Assembly: GCA_030704615.1 (NCBI GenBank)
Contig: CM060731.1
Span: forward strand, 1,302,001 to 1,366,000
Reading direction: 5' to 3'
DNA from: Takakia lepidozioides
Taxonomy: Eukaryota; Plantae; Bryophyta
Length of the DNA stretch: 64,000 nt
Both the position numbers and the translations under genes were made by a program. Within the stretch, counting starts at the first letter, position 1; each line of letters begins with the position of its first letter. This document shows, one piece after another, positions 1-13,775 of this stretch. Under the pieces are notes generated by a model that ran no database searches, was not told the origin of the DNA, and saw only the letters and a list, made by a program, of their open reading frames with translations.

Positions 1-2324
1 GATCAGAACCATTCATAGAACACTTAGCTTGTGGATAAAGTATCACAGACATTCAGAAGGGAGAAGAACATCAACATCTCCGCCCCTGAACCTTTACCCA
101 ATCTTGTAACCAGATTTCATAACTGGCGTTATACAGCACAGGGTTGCACATATGTGGACATCTTCTGTGGTTTCAACAAAAGATTAGATACATTCACCTA
201 AAAGTCACGATGACCTCAAGAGTCTTAGTCCTTCATCCCTCAAACAAGCGCTTGCTCCTTTGTGAATTGGGTGCAACCTTTGTATACAGTGTAGGCACCT
301 TTTCTGCTCTTGTGAATGGTAGGGGGGTTGTTTGTGTGTGACAGAAGAGACAGAGGGGTTGTCCACCTGATCCCCAGGAAGAATGCTGGAGTGAGAAACA
401 GGTGTCCGTGGCAACGTTGGCGAACACAAACGTGACGAATCAGCCTCTGTCTTGATGCGCTTTCTTTTCTGTTCACCTGCACCTGTCATATTCACCGCTG
501 AGACTGCTCAAAGAGTCATACCTAATTTACAATTAGTTCGATTCTCCCATAAAGCAGCCTCCATATCACACCTTGCACAACTCGAAAACATACTTTGCCA
601 AATGCATTGTGGTGCACATTCCCATCAACTGATGCTCTATTAATCATGTCCATCTATTGGAGGCCAGCCAACAAGTTGAACATGAGCATCTGACACTTCC
701 ACCTGTTTGCAGCTTTTCTATGGGTGGCAGAAACGAGTGGCAAGTCCCACCTAATTTCTTGCGGTGGGGGGGCACCTGACCAGGTGTGATTAAACTGTCC
801 AGCCGCCCAACACACAGAGAGGAGACACTGCCACAAGAGGTGACGTTTCTGTTAGTCCTCTCTCTTACTCACTCACCTCACAAACACACATCACCAGGAA
901 AAAGGAAAACCCCAGGACAAACCTCATAAATCAAACCCCGCAACATATATGTAGTCATGGAGGATCATAGATGAAATTGGTGGATTGGCAACACTGCATC
1001 TTGACACAAATAGATATCCTTGGCACTGGGCCAAACCTACCAAGAGATTTAGGTGAAGGTTGAGACCCATTCTTCTGTAGAGATTGCATGTGCAGGCTAT
1101 CTCAACTACATTTCTGTTGGGCAACCAATAGGAGATTCAAGAAAAATTGAGATGAGGATGGAGTAGAATATAACTTCTCCTCGGCTTCAGCCAAGGTCTT
1201 TGCTTCCACGTAGAAGCCCCGCAGCTTGATCCATAGCTTCTCCCCAAACTTCTCTGCGGTCTCTGGAGCTGCACGTGCTTAAACTTCATCGTTCAGAAAT
1301 ACCACATTATTATCGAGCTAGTTTTGTTTGTTTCTCACTGGGAGTAAGATGCCTTTAATTTGCTGACTTAAGCTTGTCTAATCTCTCTTTTATCTTTCTT
1401 TCTGATCTTCAAACAAGGGCAAGCAGACGTATACAGTGGCCAATCTAGAATACCCCTGGTGTGCTGCAAAAAAACTCACTGGCGGATGCTGCTATATCAA
1501 CAGAAGTTCGCGGAGGGTGCGAGAAACAGGCAAACTTGGACGCCTATCCTTGACTTTCTTTTGTTAATTTTAAGGGAGCATATGAGGGTGTGCGTAAAGA
1601 CCAACAAGATTCACCACACAGACGCCTTGAGAATTTTATGCAAGAGATAACAAACTCGGAGTAGACACTTGTGTTCACAGATGGTAAGCCTTCAAAAAAG
1701 GAGATATTCTTCATGAAACTTCATGAATTAAATTTTCCGTTGGTAGCAAGCTGGTTCCTCTCCAATTTCTAATACACTGAATCCAGATACATCACTATAA
1801 ACATGTGACTCACATATCGAACAACCAAGCAAGCAAAAAAATTCCCTACACGGAGTTATCCCCCGAGCAACAAAGTCAGGACGCAAGAGACGGACCGGTC
1901 TGAGAAAGTTTCAAGTGGATTTTGTTGATTTTCCGTATCACCGCGTCCTGCTCTTTTCGCAAGCGGTCCAGCTCCTTGAGATGATGGTTTGCCGCCTCCA
2001 CGACTGCCATCCTCGCTCACTCTCACCCCACGCACATTTGCCTCCCAACCTCGCTCACGTCCCCATGGATCATTGCGGGCAAGGAATTCAAGCAGCAGCC
2101 TTCCTCCTAACAACAAACTCTCACTCTCTCTCTCTCTCTCGGAATCTTGGATGGATATTTCATATTGTAGCATATTCTCATGTATTCTCACATCTGTAAC
2201 GTCGTACTAGCAACCCAACCCTAACCCTAGGGACAGCTGAACGTGAAGCTGCCATAAACCTGTCAACCGCAAGGGAGACTGGAATTCTCGAGGGGGAGGT
2301 GTTGAGGCGATCAGTGAGGGCGGA

Positions 2325-5300
2325 ATGGTGTGGTTTCAATGCGAGAGCTGCGGTGAAAATGTGAAGAAACCCAAATTGCTGAACCATTGCCGTGGTTGTG
2401 CTGCTAGAAAGGTTTGTTTTCTCCTTCCTCTCGCCCTCTCTGTCACACACGATGACTCTCACTGCAACTCTTGTCGGAGGCTTGATACAGATGTGAGGTT
2501 CCATGTGTCATGATGTTGCGGACTGGCTCTGTACTTCCGTCAATTTAATGTATCTAATAGAGAACGTGCTTGGAATGCAATTAACAGGAAAGTGCCACTG
2601 TCGGAGCTAGCCGTCTAAGATAGTGTGGACTTCTTCTTCTATCCTCTCATCCACCCTTAGCCTACTTTTCGGCTACTTCCCAACTGGGTGCGGGGTCTAT
2701 GGTCAAGAATCTACAGCGTTGATGGTCTCAGGAGTTCTGCAAGGCCCACAATAGTAGCACAATGACTTGATTTTGGAACATCAATATTTGCTGTAGCACT
2801 TAGCTTGCAGGGAACAAGCAAACAATGGTTGACTTGAAAAGTGCATATCACACGAAAGATACCTGGTGACCCAGCTCCGAAGTGTGAAATTGTTGACGAT
2901 TTACAGCTATATAACGGAGCTGTGTTCGTAAAGCTCATTTGCCAAGAATGTGTTTGTCTGATGTAGTTATTTGCGGTGAATGCAGTTCTCGTGTATCGAT
3001 TGTGGGGTTCTTTTCGATCAGCAGAGTGTGCAAGCTCACACTTCTTGTGTTACAGAAGCGGTATGTCTGTTCTCTCCACAATGCATATCGCTGGCTGAGG
3101 AAGGTGCTCCATAAGGTGACAGAGTTGATCTAGGAATGAAGACCCCTGACTTGCCCTTTATCTGTTGTTCGTTCTGCTCTACCCACTTGTTGGCTGGGTC
3201 ATTGCTACACTTATTTTATTGTGTGCACCTCCTTTCCTGTGTGTGAGTGTGTGACTAGTTCACAACATTGACCCTGTGAATGGTACTTACATTGTTTCCT
3301 TCAGTGGGCATATAAGAGTGCAAGTTTTGCAAATTACAGGAAAAGTATGGACCGAAAGGGGGAAACAAAGGAACTGGCACACCTGCCCAGAATTCCACAC
3401 CTACTCTCTCTCGAAACAGTGCGGCTATCGACTTGAGCGTAGGACTCTCCACTCATCCTCCTTGGGCCTGCAGGTGTGCACTCTATATGTCATCTCTGTG
3501 CCAATGTAGGAAGTGCCTCTGATAAAGGATTTATGCTATTAATCTCCGAGCAAATAACATATTTCAAGTCGATTCTTGATGGGGAGCTATTTGATTTGGT
3601 GAAGTCCTAGCAGGCATGTCACCCATGATCGCTTTAGCAGATAGGATGGAGCTGTTGAGGCGGAAATGACAGAGTTAGATGGGGAGGATTCAAAGTTTGG
3701 GTGCAGGGGAAAGGTAGTCTCATGCAACTCTGCTTGTCATTGTTCTCAACCTCGAGCCCTGTACATGGAGCACATTGGAGGGGGAGGGTAGCAGAGCAGA
3801 GCAGTATGGGGGCAGCTACCATGACTGAAGGCTCAAACAAGTAGTGAGACCTACCTTTGTGAATGCTGGTATTTTGCCCCTGCGGATTTCCTCCAGGAAA
3901 GATGCAAATTGGCTGAATCGGAGCCAAGATCTCAATGAGAGCTTCTTGCACAAGAACACTTACTACACTGCATTTCCCACCGGCATGCCCACAAAGAGAG
4001 CACATCAGCTCCCTTTTACCCAGCTCAGTCATCATAGTAGTGATGAAAGCAGTGTACTCTTATTTGTCAGCCTAGTTCTTCTGAATCGAAGGCCTTGACT
4101 GTACTTCTTGAGTCGCCCCAGGATGAAGAATCTCACACAAGAGTTATTTTAGACTTCTCGGGGAAAGAAAGGGAGAGAGATGGTGTAGCCAATTAGTTGA
4201 TATTTGCCAGAGGATTTTGGTGGAATACTCAACAGATTTGTTTTCTTGCCTTGGCAAGGCAGGAGGGAGCAGATATTGGTTGACACCAGATGTTTTCATT
4301 TATAGGCTTCTTGGTTTCATGAAGGTGTGATTAGACCGCAATCTATGTATTGCTGTTGGCCAACTCACTCAAGCAAGGAGGGTGGTGACACTGATGGAGT
4401 GTACTGCGGTGCAGCCTTTGCAATGTGAACGTAACAAGCCTTGAGGCGCTGGAAGGCCATTCACAAGGGAAGAAGCACCTTGCGAAGTCTAAAGCTGCCG
4501 CAAAACAGAACAAGCCTCCAGCAACTGACCCGTCGTTGGCCGGTGAAATTAAGAGTGCAGCAATTGGAGATCAATCAGGGAATACGTCTGGACCTGACAT
4601 TTCTCCTGGAACCTTCATAACGATGGGAGAACCAGTTGACAGCAAATTCGAAAGCCTCACGCCCACTTCTCAGGTGGAGAAAAAGGAGGGCAAGAAGCAG
4701 AAGGAAGGTAAGAAGCAGAGAGTAGATGCCATTGAGTCCAGTAGGGAAGAAGTGGCCACAGTGGTGACTCAGACTGTGAGTACAGATTTGAAGTTGCATG
4801 GCAAAAAAAGAAAGGCTGCACTCGACAGCGGTGACAATGGCATAGCTCCCAGAGAAGACTTTGATGGAGCCATCGGGAAGAAGAAAAAAAAGGGCAAGGC
4901 TGACTTACAAACTGGATCTACCAAGGAACATCCTCAGGACCTAAAAAATGGTAAGCTGGGAACAAGGCATCTTATATTCCTAATCCATGTTGGGAGATTC
5001 TTGTAACCCAAAGCAGAGCTTTGAGGGCAGTAGTGTCTATATGAGGCTAGTGGTATCATCATGGCATCAGATTAATTCTGATCTGCTTTTTAAAATCCTC
5101 TTATTGAGCTTATTGAACAAGAATGTCCATCACAAGTTCCCAACTATAAATTAAAGTCTAATTTTGAGTCTGCCATCAAGGCACGATGGCGACTAGCTGT
5201 GAGTTGCCAGATGGTTTTCAAGAACAACCATTGTCTTCCATGAAGTGAAAAATTGGGGTTGCCTTATGTTGTAGACACCAACAAATGATCTGCTCAACTT

Positions 5301-6443
5301 GCTCATCCATTGGTTTCACCTCAATTAAATTCAACATATTTTGTTTATGTGCAGGTGCTGTGAAAGATGCACACATAAAGCCTAAAAGGGAAAAGGGGGA
5401 AGAGGAACAGAAAGACAGAAAGCTAGCAGCCTCTGGTGACAGTTCCGTCAATGGTAGGATAGAAATGGCCGTGTCTAATGGAGAGACGAACGGGCACACT
5501 CATGACGTGGAGAAAACCCATGGGCATGTTGAAGTGGCTACTTTCAGTAAGAAAAAATCTAAAAAAGCTCAGCCAGTAGAGGCGCCTTCAACTGTGGAAG
5601 AACACTTCATAGAGGCAGGAGGGGCAAAGAGTCTGAAGAGTGGGAAAAAGCCCAAGAAAGTGAAGGAGATGTTGCAGATAGCAATGACTCCCTCAGTCAG
5701 TCTAGCCGAGGCTGTGGATTGGAAGAAGCTTATTACTGAAGTGCTTGCAAAGGTGGGCTTAAGCGGGTGTTATTCACCCACAAAAAGTTATTTGGGGGTT
5801 ATGTGATGGCCTTCTTTTTTGCTGGGTAGAACGCTATTGCTGGTTACACCAAAAAACCAATGTCATGTCAATTTTTCCAAGGGCTGACCTTGGATGACGT
5901 GGAGGATGCACGCAGTCAGCTGATGGAGCAATGAAGAAGAGGAAATTTCAAAAGATGTGTCTCCCTTTAGCTGCTCAAGCTGCTGAGTCAGCATCAATCT
6001 CTGCTGATGAAAAGATGCTGGAGGCAGAGCTCCTGAATCAGGTATTCCCAGGAAAAGTTTTGCATTTGAATTTGGCATTGCGTGTATGTGACATGATTTA
6101 GGCAGAAAGTAGTTATCACACAACGACTCAAATTCCTCTGGTGTGCTTCAATCGTGCATGCAAGTCCCCTGGTCTTGAGTTGTTTTTATGAGGCTGGAGT
6201 TGAAGTTTGGTCCATGCCTTAGGTGCTGTGCAAATCCGTAATTGCTAAGTTGGACACCCAAATCAGTTTGTAGATCACTTTAATCATTGTGGTCTCTTTG
6301 TTGTACTGGCCAGTCACTTGGATTTAGTCATCTACTCTAGAATCTTGCTTACGGGAAGAGACCTCCATGTGTTGGGTTTGCAGATAAGCAACACCTCCAA
6401 GTTTGTGGTGGAAGGAAAGATTGTGCGGTTGGCTAAGGCCTAG
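2325..6443 (+). CDS. LYAR-type C2HC zinc finger + U1-type zinc finger protein (UBP1-associated protein 1C-like / LYAR-like), multi-exon
   Basis: Exon 2325-2411 reads [25 protein letters not shown] and exon 2986-3060 reads FSCIDCG...AHTSCVTEA. Exon ~3340-3473 begins EKYGPK. Exon ~4415-4950 has [20 protein letters not shown] (U1-type finger), followed by a Lys-rich exon ~5355-5752 and a probable last exon [19 protein letters not shown] ending at 6443. Borders are GT-AG and a telo-box-like AACCCTA lies at ~2217. The 3' exon structure is uncertain. Confidence 0.85.
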
Positions 6444-7502
6444 TGACACAAGTGTTGGTGCACTCCAATCAGCCTCTCAATTTTGACCGACTTTGCAGGA
6501 AAACCTGGTGTGAATGCTTGTTTATTGAAGCCTTCACCATCACAATGGTAGGGTTGGTTCCAGGTAAACTGAGGGATTACTATCCATGTTGTAGCGTTGT
6601 TGTCTGAGGCTATTTTCCATCCAGCAACTCTTCTCTTGATTCCTATGCTGCTACCATTCCTAGATGATGCGAGGGTTAAATTTCATGAATTTTGTCCAAT
6701 GTTGTGAGTTTTTTTGGCTTGTTGGAAAGTTGTGTCCACTTCACCTTGTGAAAGGCTGATGCATAGGCTGCCTTGTTCTGGTAATGAAACTCCCAAAACA
6801 GCTAAAGGTGAGAACAACTGGGTACAAAATGTGCTGTTTATAGTATGTTGTTGGCCTCCTCCTATGTCATGTGGCACTTGCTATACCTGAGTGAAGTCCC
6901 AAGAGGGGGAAGTCCTGAAGTGGTATCATCCTCGCCAAATTGAAGCGCTGCACAGTATTTTAGGGAAAGCTGAAAGATGCCATGTTACCACTTCAGTATC
7001 ATATGTATTCTCCTTCCATTGCTTTTGCCTCCAAACATCCTACTGTCACTGCATGGGATTTGTTGGAGTTGCTGGTTCAAATTGAATCAGCATCTTTTCT
7101 AGTATCTTGCAAACTTCACACCCATTAATGGCACTGAAATGTTTTGAATCATTGCAGCAGTGGCAGCGAAGGCCTCTCTCCTCACAACGGAGGAATTTTT
7201 TTGTTCAGTATGAATGCATCACATGCTCTCGTCTAAATTTTGTACTTTGTTGGTGCAGTTCATCTCTACAAAACCATTGCATGGCTTGCACCTCCCATCC
7301 CTGCACACGAAAATGGATGTGGCATTTCTTTTCAGAGATTGATTGAAACTGTCACCACAGAGTTCTAAATGTTCATCATGACCTTCTCAGCATGGTTCCA
7401 GGCTTAAGCATTGGTCTTTATGTTCTTTTGTTCAAAGGAAAACACTTTGATAGCAACTGCCTCACAAATCAGGCCCCTTAGTTATAGTGAGAGGGTTAAA
7501 TA

Positions 7503-7668
7503 ACACCTTTCAAAGTAACCTCGCCTGTAAGGCACCAAGCACAAGGCTTATGGGACAACACCCAAAGGACGGGGAAGAAGATAATAACACACCCAACAAG
7601 GTAGTAGGATTTGAACCCAGAAACAACTATGTGGTGGAGCTTGGTGCACTATCCTACTGAGCCGCCAA
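7503..7668 (-). mobile_element. Probable tRNA-derived SINE remnant
   Basis: The minus strand reads ggctcagtagg (A-box-like) and then gggttcaaatcc (B-box-like) at tRNA-like spacing, followed by a non-tRNA tail. Boundaries are approximate. Confidence 0.45.
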
Positions 7669-7804
7669 ATAGTGTACAACACTTCATTTTCCAAAAAGCT
7701 ATCTTATCGTAAAAATCCTCTTGAAGATTTTTGTTGTTTATACATTAGCTTGCAAGGCCCTTTCCGTATGCATTGAACAAATGTTTGCATCAATCCATTC
7801 AGAC

Positions 7805-8311
7805 CAGTGTTGGACTGGTATCAAGTTTTTTACATACCAGACTGGTCCTGGTACCAGACGCATCACAAAACTTTCATACCAATCTGGTCTATATAATGGT
7901 GGATGTATTTTTTTCCACATACTGGTATGAATATGATTATCATGACCACAATACCAGCTGGTATGAGATATCAACTCTGGTATCATTCCAAAGCCATCTT
8001 GAGTTACAAATGTGTCAAATGGCAAGTATCAAGTGAAAACAAATAAAATATACATAAAGAAATAAATATACTTAAGTACAAATATATAGGCAGATGTACA
8101 CATAAATTACTTCAGTATACATACCAGAGTAAATTAGGAAGAAGGTGGGGGAGTACTGGTATTGTGGCTGGTATGAAAGAACTGATACCAGCCTGGTCTG
8201 GTATATGACCAAGTACTCTCCCAAATGATACCAGACTGGTCTGGTATCTAATACCAGTGCATATACCAGTATTATATACCAGTCCTTCACCTATATACCA
8301 GTCCAACACTG
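7805..8311. mobile_element. Non-autonomous hAT element (MITE)
   Basis: TIRs CAGTGTTGGACTGGTAT / ATACCAGTCCAACACTG, a perfect 8-bp TSD ATTCAGAC (7797-7804, 8312-8319), and many internal TACCAG/CTGGTA subterminal motifs. Confidence 0.92.
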
Positions 8312-10062
8312 ATTCAGACCATCTTACATCTTTTCTTTGAGAGAGGAAGGAATCTAAAACCAAGACCAATTTGGTGAGTGTAAAGCAAACAAGTATAATA
8401 TCTTCGTCGCATACTTATAGTCATGATGGAATAGAATAACTATCCTAACATTGATGACAATTCTTCACTATGCATCATCAAATCCACACCCAAACCCCTC
8501 AAGTCCCACACTTTATTCCTTTCCACTTGGGCTTTAGATCGAAACATTGCAACTTACTTTCATCCTACATCATCTCAAAAATACACATGTCAAGTACATA
8601 CTTAGTATCTAGTGTGACTCATTTCTCAGAATATCTTCAACTTCCTTGAAGAGAGTATGATGCAAATCCCACTTTCATGCTTTTCCTTTTCTCCTTTACA
8701 AGACCACACTAGCTGTGAACTGTGAACCAGTTTTTCTTGGCATTCAAACTCCACAAAACAGATCCAATTCTACTGTTTATGTCTTGTGGAACATAAACAG
8801 ATTGCTCACAACATATGAGCCGGATTTGCACACGAAAACCGCAGTGTAGATTGTGGGTTCGATTTAAATGTAGCTATGCTTGGGAATTCTTAGAATGCTA
8901 AAAAGACCCATGATCTTGCCGCCGACGGCAAGCTAACTATCATCATCACCATCATCACCATTATCTTGGCCACTCACTCACCCAGAGTTGAAAGGGGCGA
9001 CCAGGGGTCGCCCGGAGGCAGGAAGAGGGCGGCGACCGAGAAGGGCAAGCCTAACGGTCTTGCAACCGTCCCCCCTTCCCTTTCCCCTCGCGCACACTTG
9101 GTTTTGTGTTTTTTCTCTGACCGTGGCCCGCTGCCCGGCTGCCCAGGCGCGACCTTGCCGTGCTCGTTTCTTTGCGGGCTGCCCGCGCTCCCGGTTTCTT
9201 GATCTACTCTCCCTCTGCGGAGCTGCCTCATATAACTCGCCTGGCTGCCTCGCATCCATGAATGCTGCACATTGTTGCTGAGGCTGCGTTCTGCGGGCAA
9301 TTGGGCTTGTGGGTTTTTGGGGGGAGACGATTTGATGACAACATGGACATCGCCGCAATTGCAGTAGCTGTGTTGTGCGATCTCTTCTTGGCTTTGGAGC
9401 CGTCTGAAAGTCTTTGGCATTTTGGGTTGTAGCTGCTTTTGTTGGGATTGCAAGGGCATGGACAGCGGTGACAACATTGCGTTTCGTGCGGATGCATTTA
9501 CGTGCTCTCTTTTTTCTATTGTTGCTCAGTTTTTGGCTGAACGATTAGCTTGCGAGAACGAGAGTTTATTGCTGCAGCAGGAGATGCAACCCATAAGTTC
9601 TTGATCTGAGAAAATCCAGGAATTGCATCAACTTTTCCGTGTATCGGATAGTAAGGGCGGTGGTTATTCAAACTTGTGCACGCACTGCGCAAATCTGGGG
9701 TGCGGAATATACGTAGGTGTATATAGATCAACATTGAGATTCAAGGGAAACCAGATATTCTTGCAGAAACGGAATCTCCACATTCGAATTGGGCTTGAAC
9801 TATTTTTTGAAGCTGTGCAAGTATTTGGCGGCAGTAATCATGCTTCAAGATCACAATGCGAGATCCATACAAGCTTGAACATCTGAGGACTTCATCGCGC
9901 AAGAAGGCTCGCTATTACAGTTTTCTGTAGCTCGAGGGTGGACCCTCGAGAGACTTACTCCAGAATCGTTGCGGGTAGAATAAGAAGTGACAGGCATCTG
10001 ACGATTTGATCTTATCATATACAAAGAGCAGAAGGAATCAAGGGGGAATCGAGGGCGAAGCG

Positions 10063-13000
10063 ATGGGTTCAGCTTATGAGCCCGCCGCGAAGAAGGCGCG
10101 CCCATATGAGGCATCTCCCACTTCCATCAATGGAAACGGATTTATGAATGGTAATGCGATGATGGACCAAGCAACCATACAAATCAACGGAGACCACGAG
10201 TGCAGGCGCTACAACACCCCCGAGGGCTGCCCCTACGGAAGTAAATGTCGCTTCAAGCATGGCCTAACCGGTTATACCTCCCACTCTTAATTTTCTGTTG
10301 TATCTCTCTCGGCAACGGAATGAAGAGAAGCTAGCCGGACCCAAACCTTGTCAACTAAGAATCTCCCATCTTTAGTCTTCCATCGTGTGTGTGTGCCGGT
10401 TATCCCAGCTTGGGTCTTTGACTCTCCTGAGATAACTGTGGACGAGTGTTGTGTTTCGCGTTTCAAACGACACATTCAATCTTTTCTTTAGTTTCTGTTT
10501 CAATCCGTCATTGCAAGAATCCCATGATAAATCCCACGAGAAAGAGAGAGAGAGAGACAGGATGGGGTGAGAGGAATTCACTACTAAGGCAATCCCTTTA
10601 ACGGAGGGAAACTACCTGCTGAACTTTAGGTGATTGACATGAAACCAGACCTGCTACTCATGCTGCCCAATGATCCCCCAAAAACCTTGGGTGATTTGCA
10701 GTGTGTCTTTCTTCTGCTGCGAGAAATCATTTACTCTTGCAATTGTGCCTTCCTAGTTCCTATTTAATTGACAATGCTTGCTCAAGGGATTCTATCTGGC
10801 GGGTTGCCACAGCGAATGAAGAGTTTATCACTGATCTCTGCATTTCAGACGAAATACTCCTTATACTCCTTTCGTCCTGGAACCGTCCTATAAACCCTTT
10901 CCCCGTTCAATCAGGAGACTACTGACTTTCAAAACATGGGTCAAAACATGGTGTAAACCCTTAAGTGCCATTTCAAGAAAAAGTGAGGGGTCCACTAAAA
11001 TAGCGATGCTACTCTTTGCACTGCACAGTACAGAGGACCCACTTTGCCATATGCTAGGCTGTCCATCTTTCTTGAAACGCTTGTCAATTTCTTTAGATGA
11101 TCAGTAAGTTCAGCAAGTGAGCAAAGCTGAGTAACGCTATAACAACATATTATGTAATCAAGGAGATATCCTCAGTTACAGTAGCCATCTAATCTCTGGT
11201 GTGTACTAACTACCTTGCCTAATTGTGCACCACATGGAGTGTGAGTCTCTTGCCGCATTGATTTAATTGAATTGGCATTCAATTTTCATTTATATTTCAC
11301 TTAAGTACATGTTTGTAGATAGAATTAAGCTGACTAGACTATCTCGATTACGTTACATCAATGTCCCTCTTCTCTTCTGTCTCGTTCTCTGCCTAATAGT
11401 TTGGTGTACTTGTGTCTGTCATGCTTGTCAGTGCCATCCTCTCTCTATCCAGAAGACCTTTAGTCTTCCCACGTTGGGCACCATGCCGAAGATCAAAGAG
11501 TAGGCTGCCTACCTGATTGAGACCTGATCTGAACAGCAAGTTAACCCTTATACACGTGATTGTGAAAAGAGAATTGGTTATAAGAGATTCTCTGTTTGGA
11601 TGCAGCAAAAGACTGTCACTAGACCACTTCTGACTCAGTCTGAGGCTTGAGACAAAGCCTAAACCTGTGATCCTCTTTGGGCTGGATTTCTGCATGAAAA
11701 TGATGCAAGGGTGAGATCTGGATGACAGGAATCAACTTCATTTATGAATGTAGGTCCCATAGTAAAGCAAGCCCTCCGCCATGACCGTGCCTAACAATCA
11801 AGGAATCCATGAATTTCACCTGAAGGTTGTTTCAAATCTTTCCATCTAACTTCATTAGCTTCTGTCTCAAAGAAGTGCGTAAGATGAACAATCAAGGTAG
11901 GGAAATTACTCAAAAACCCTAGCTTGATAGCCAAATGGAACCTGGACCTGGGTTTTCCCAGGCCTGGAACTGGAGTAGAAAAAAATTTGCTTCCCAGTGG
12001 CCTGGTATGAGGATGACCTCAAGGCCGCAGCAATTGAAACTGTACTGGTTACTCTCACCTGAGTATCTGTTTTTGTGTTGTCTTTCTTATTGTGATGATG
12101 GTTGGGGGAATGCAGACGACAGAGATTTGGGACAACCAGTGTCAGCATTAGGAAGCAAAAAAAAGCCATGCACCAAGTTCTTCAGGTCTGTCACATTTTC
12201 CTCCTCTCCTTCATTAAGAGCTTTCTAGAGGAAATAAGGAAGCCAGAGCCAACCTTATATACTCAGGTAGATCCCTCTACTTAGCATGCCTTTCTCAAAA
12301 GCCTGTGTCAACACTGCAGTAACCTTCATTGTAGAAGTTCAGTGGGTTTCTTCATTGGTGCAGAGGCTTGACACAGCAGCCAAACATAATCGCTGCTAGT
12401 CGGACTTTAGAATGAGCAATTCCAAGTATATCCTTTGGTTAGGATGCTTTTCTCTGATAAAGTGAGGGAGACAAACACGACCCAGAAAGACAGACCGTAG
12501 CGTGACCCCTCTCTAGATTGAAGTCTAGAGAAAATGTCTGATTGTCAGCTATGTGTGGTTTCAATTGCGGGATAATCAGCACATCAGGGTGCCCGTACGG
12601 GGAAGGCTGCCATTTTCTCCACTACGTTCCAGGGGGCATTGCAGCATTAGGCCTCATGCCCCTCACAAGTGTTCAAGGCAACACAGCAATCCCGGCAAGT
12701 GCGGTCTGCAAGGTGCTTGGAGGCATTGGACCAGCAGGCGTCCAGGGCACGACAGTCGATCCAGCCGCTACTGTGGGTGGCTTCAAGACACGACTCTGCA
12801 ATCGTTTTGCTACTCCTGAAGGGTGCCGGTTTGGAGACAGGTGTCACTTTGCGCACGGAGAGAGTGACTTGCGACCATCAAATGGGCGGACCAACAATCA
12901 GTCTATGGGCCTCGACTTCTCGGTAAGTAGAGGGAAACTCCTTGCTCCATACGGTGAAGGTAAAACTTGGTATCGGATCTATGTCGTCTCTAATGTATGG

Positions 13001-13775
13001 TGCAATCCGAAAGCTCACACCTCGCATCCTCCTTAGACCATGTGAAAGCCTACTCAAAGTCCCCTCACTACCCCGAGAAATATAGATAGCTGCAGAGCTT
13101 TTTATAAACATCGGTGAGGGTTAGGAGTTTTGTGACAATTAAATGATTGCAGAGTCCTGTTGTGGAAGTCCCTGGTCAGATTGCAGTGGAAGGTCAAAGG
13201 TTTTCATGCAATGAGATGGATCTTTTTAATCTTCCATTCCTCTTAGCCCCCATTTCGACTTATGAATCTGAAGAGTTGTTTGAGAACAGATAACTGCAGG
13301 AGGATATACGAATGGTGGTGGCACGCACCTCACCCCTCCTGTAGCTTCGGCTATCTACTATGGAGAGCCCACCCCACCAGGAGTAACAACCACAGCATTT
13401 GGGGCCACTTCCAATACCAAAATGAGCATAGAAGCAGTCTTTGCAGGCGCAATCATTGGCAAGGCGGGCGCAAATGTGAAGCAGATCAGTAGGCTAACAG
13501 GGGCAAAGCTGTCGATTCGGGAGCATGAAACAGATAGCAACATGCGCAATGTGGAGATGGAGGGAACATACGAGCAGATTGAACGTGCGAGTGAAATGGT
13601 TCGACAGTTTCTACAGCATCGGGAAGTTGCCCCGCAGCGGACTGCTGCTCTTGGCTCCCACAACTTCAAAACAAAGCTCTGTGAAAACTACTCACAAGGG
13701 ACATGCACGTTTGCTGAGCGCTGCCATTTCGCACATGGTGCAAGCGAGCTGCGGTTAGTAAACGGAATGAGATGA
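10063..13775 (+). CDS. CCCH zinc finger + KH domain RNA-binding protein (KHZ1/KHZ2-like family)
   Basis: Exons ~10063-10270, ~12116-12186, ~12580-12922 and ~13300-13775. CCCH fingers CRRYNTPEGCPYGSKCRFKH, CTKFFSTSGCPYGEGCHFLH, CNRFATPEGCRFGDRCHFAH and CENYSQGTCTFAERCHFAH. KH GxxG loop GAIIGKAGANVKQI. Confidence 0.92.

Noticed and set aside
1-2191. Short minus-strand ORFs that might be exons of a gene divergent from the LYAR-like gene
   Set aside because: I recognised no domain and could not build a consistent exon chain.
8966-9900. Cluster of overlapping GC-rich ORFs upstream of the CCCH-KH gene
   Set aside because: Most consistent with the promoter, 5' UTR and leader intron of that gene. 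No protein motifs were found.
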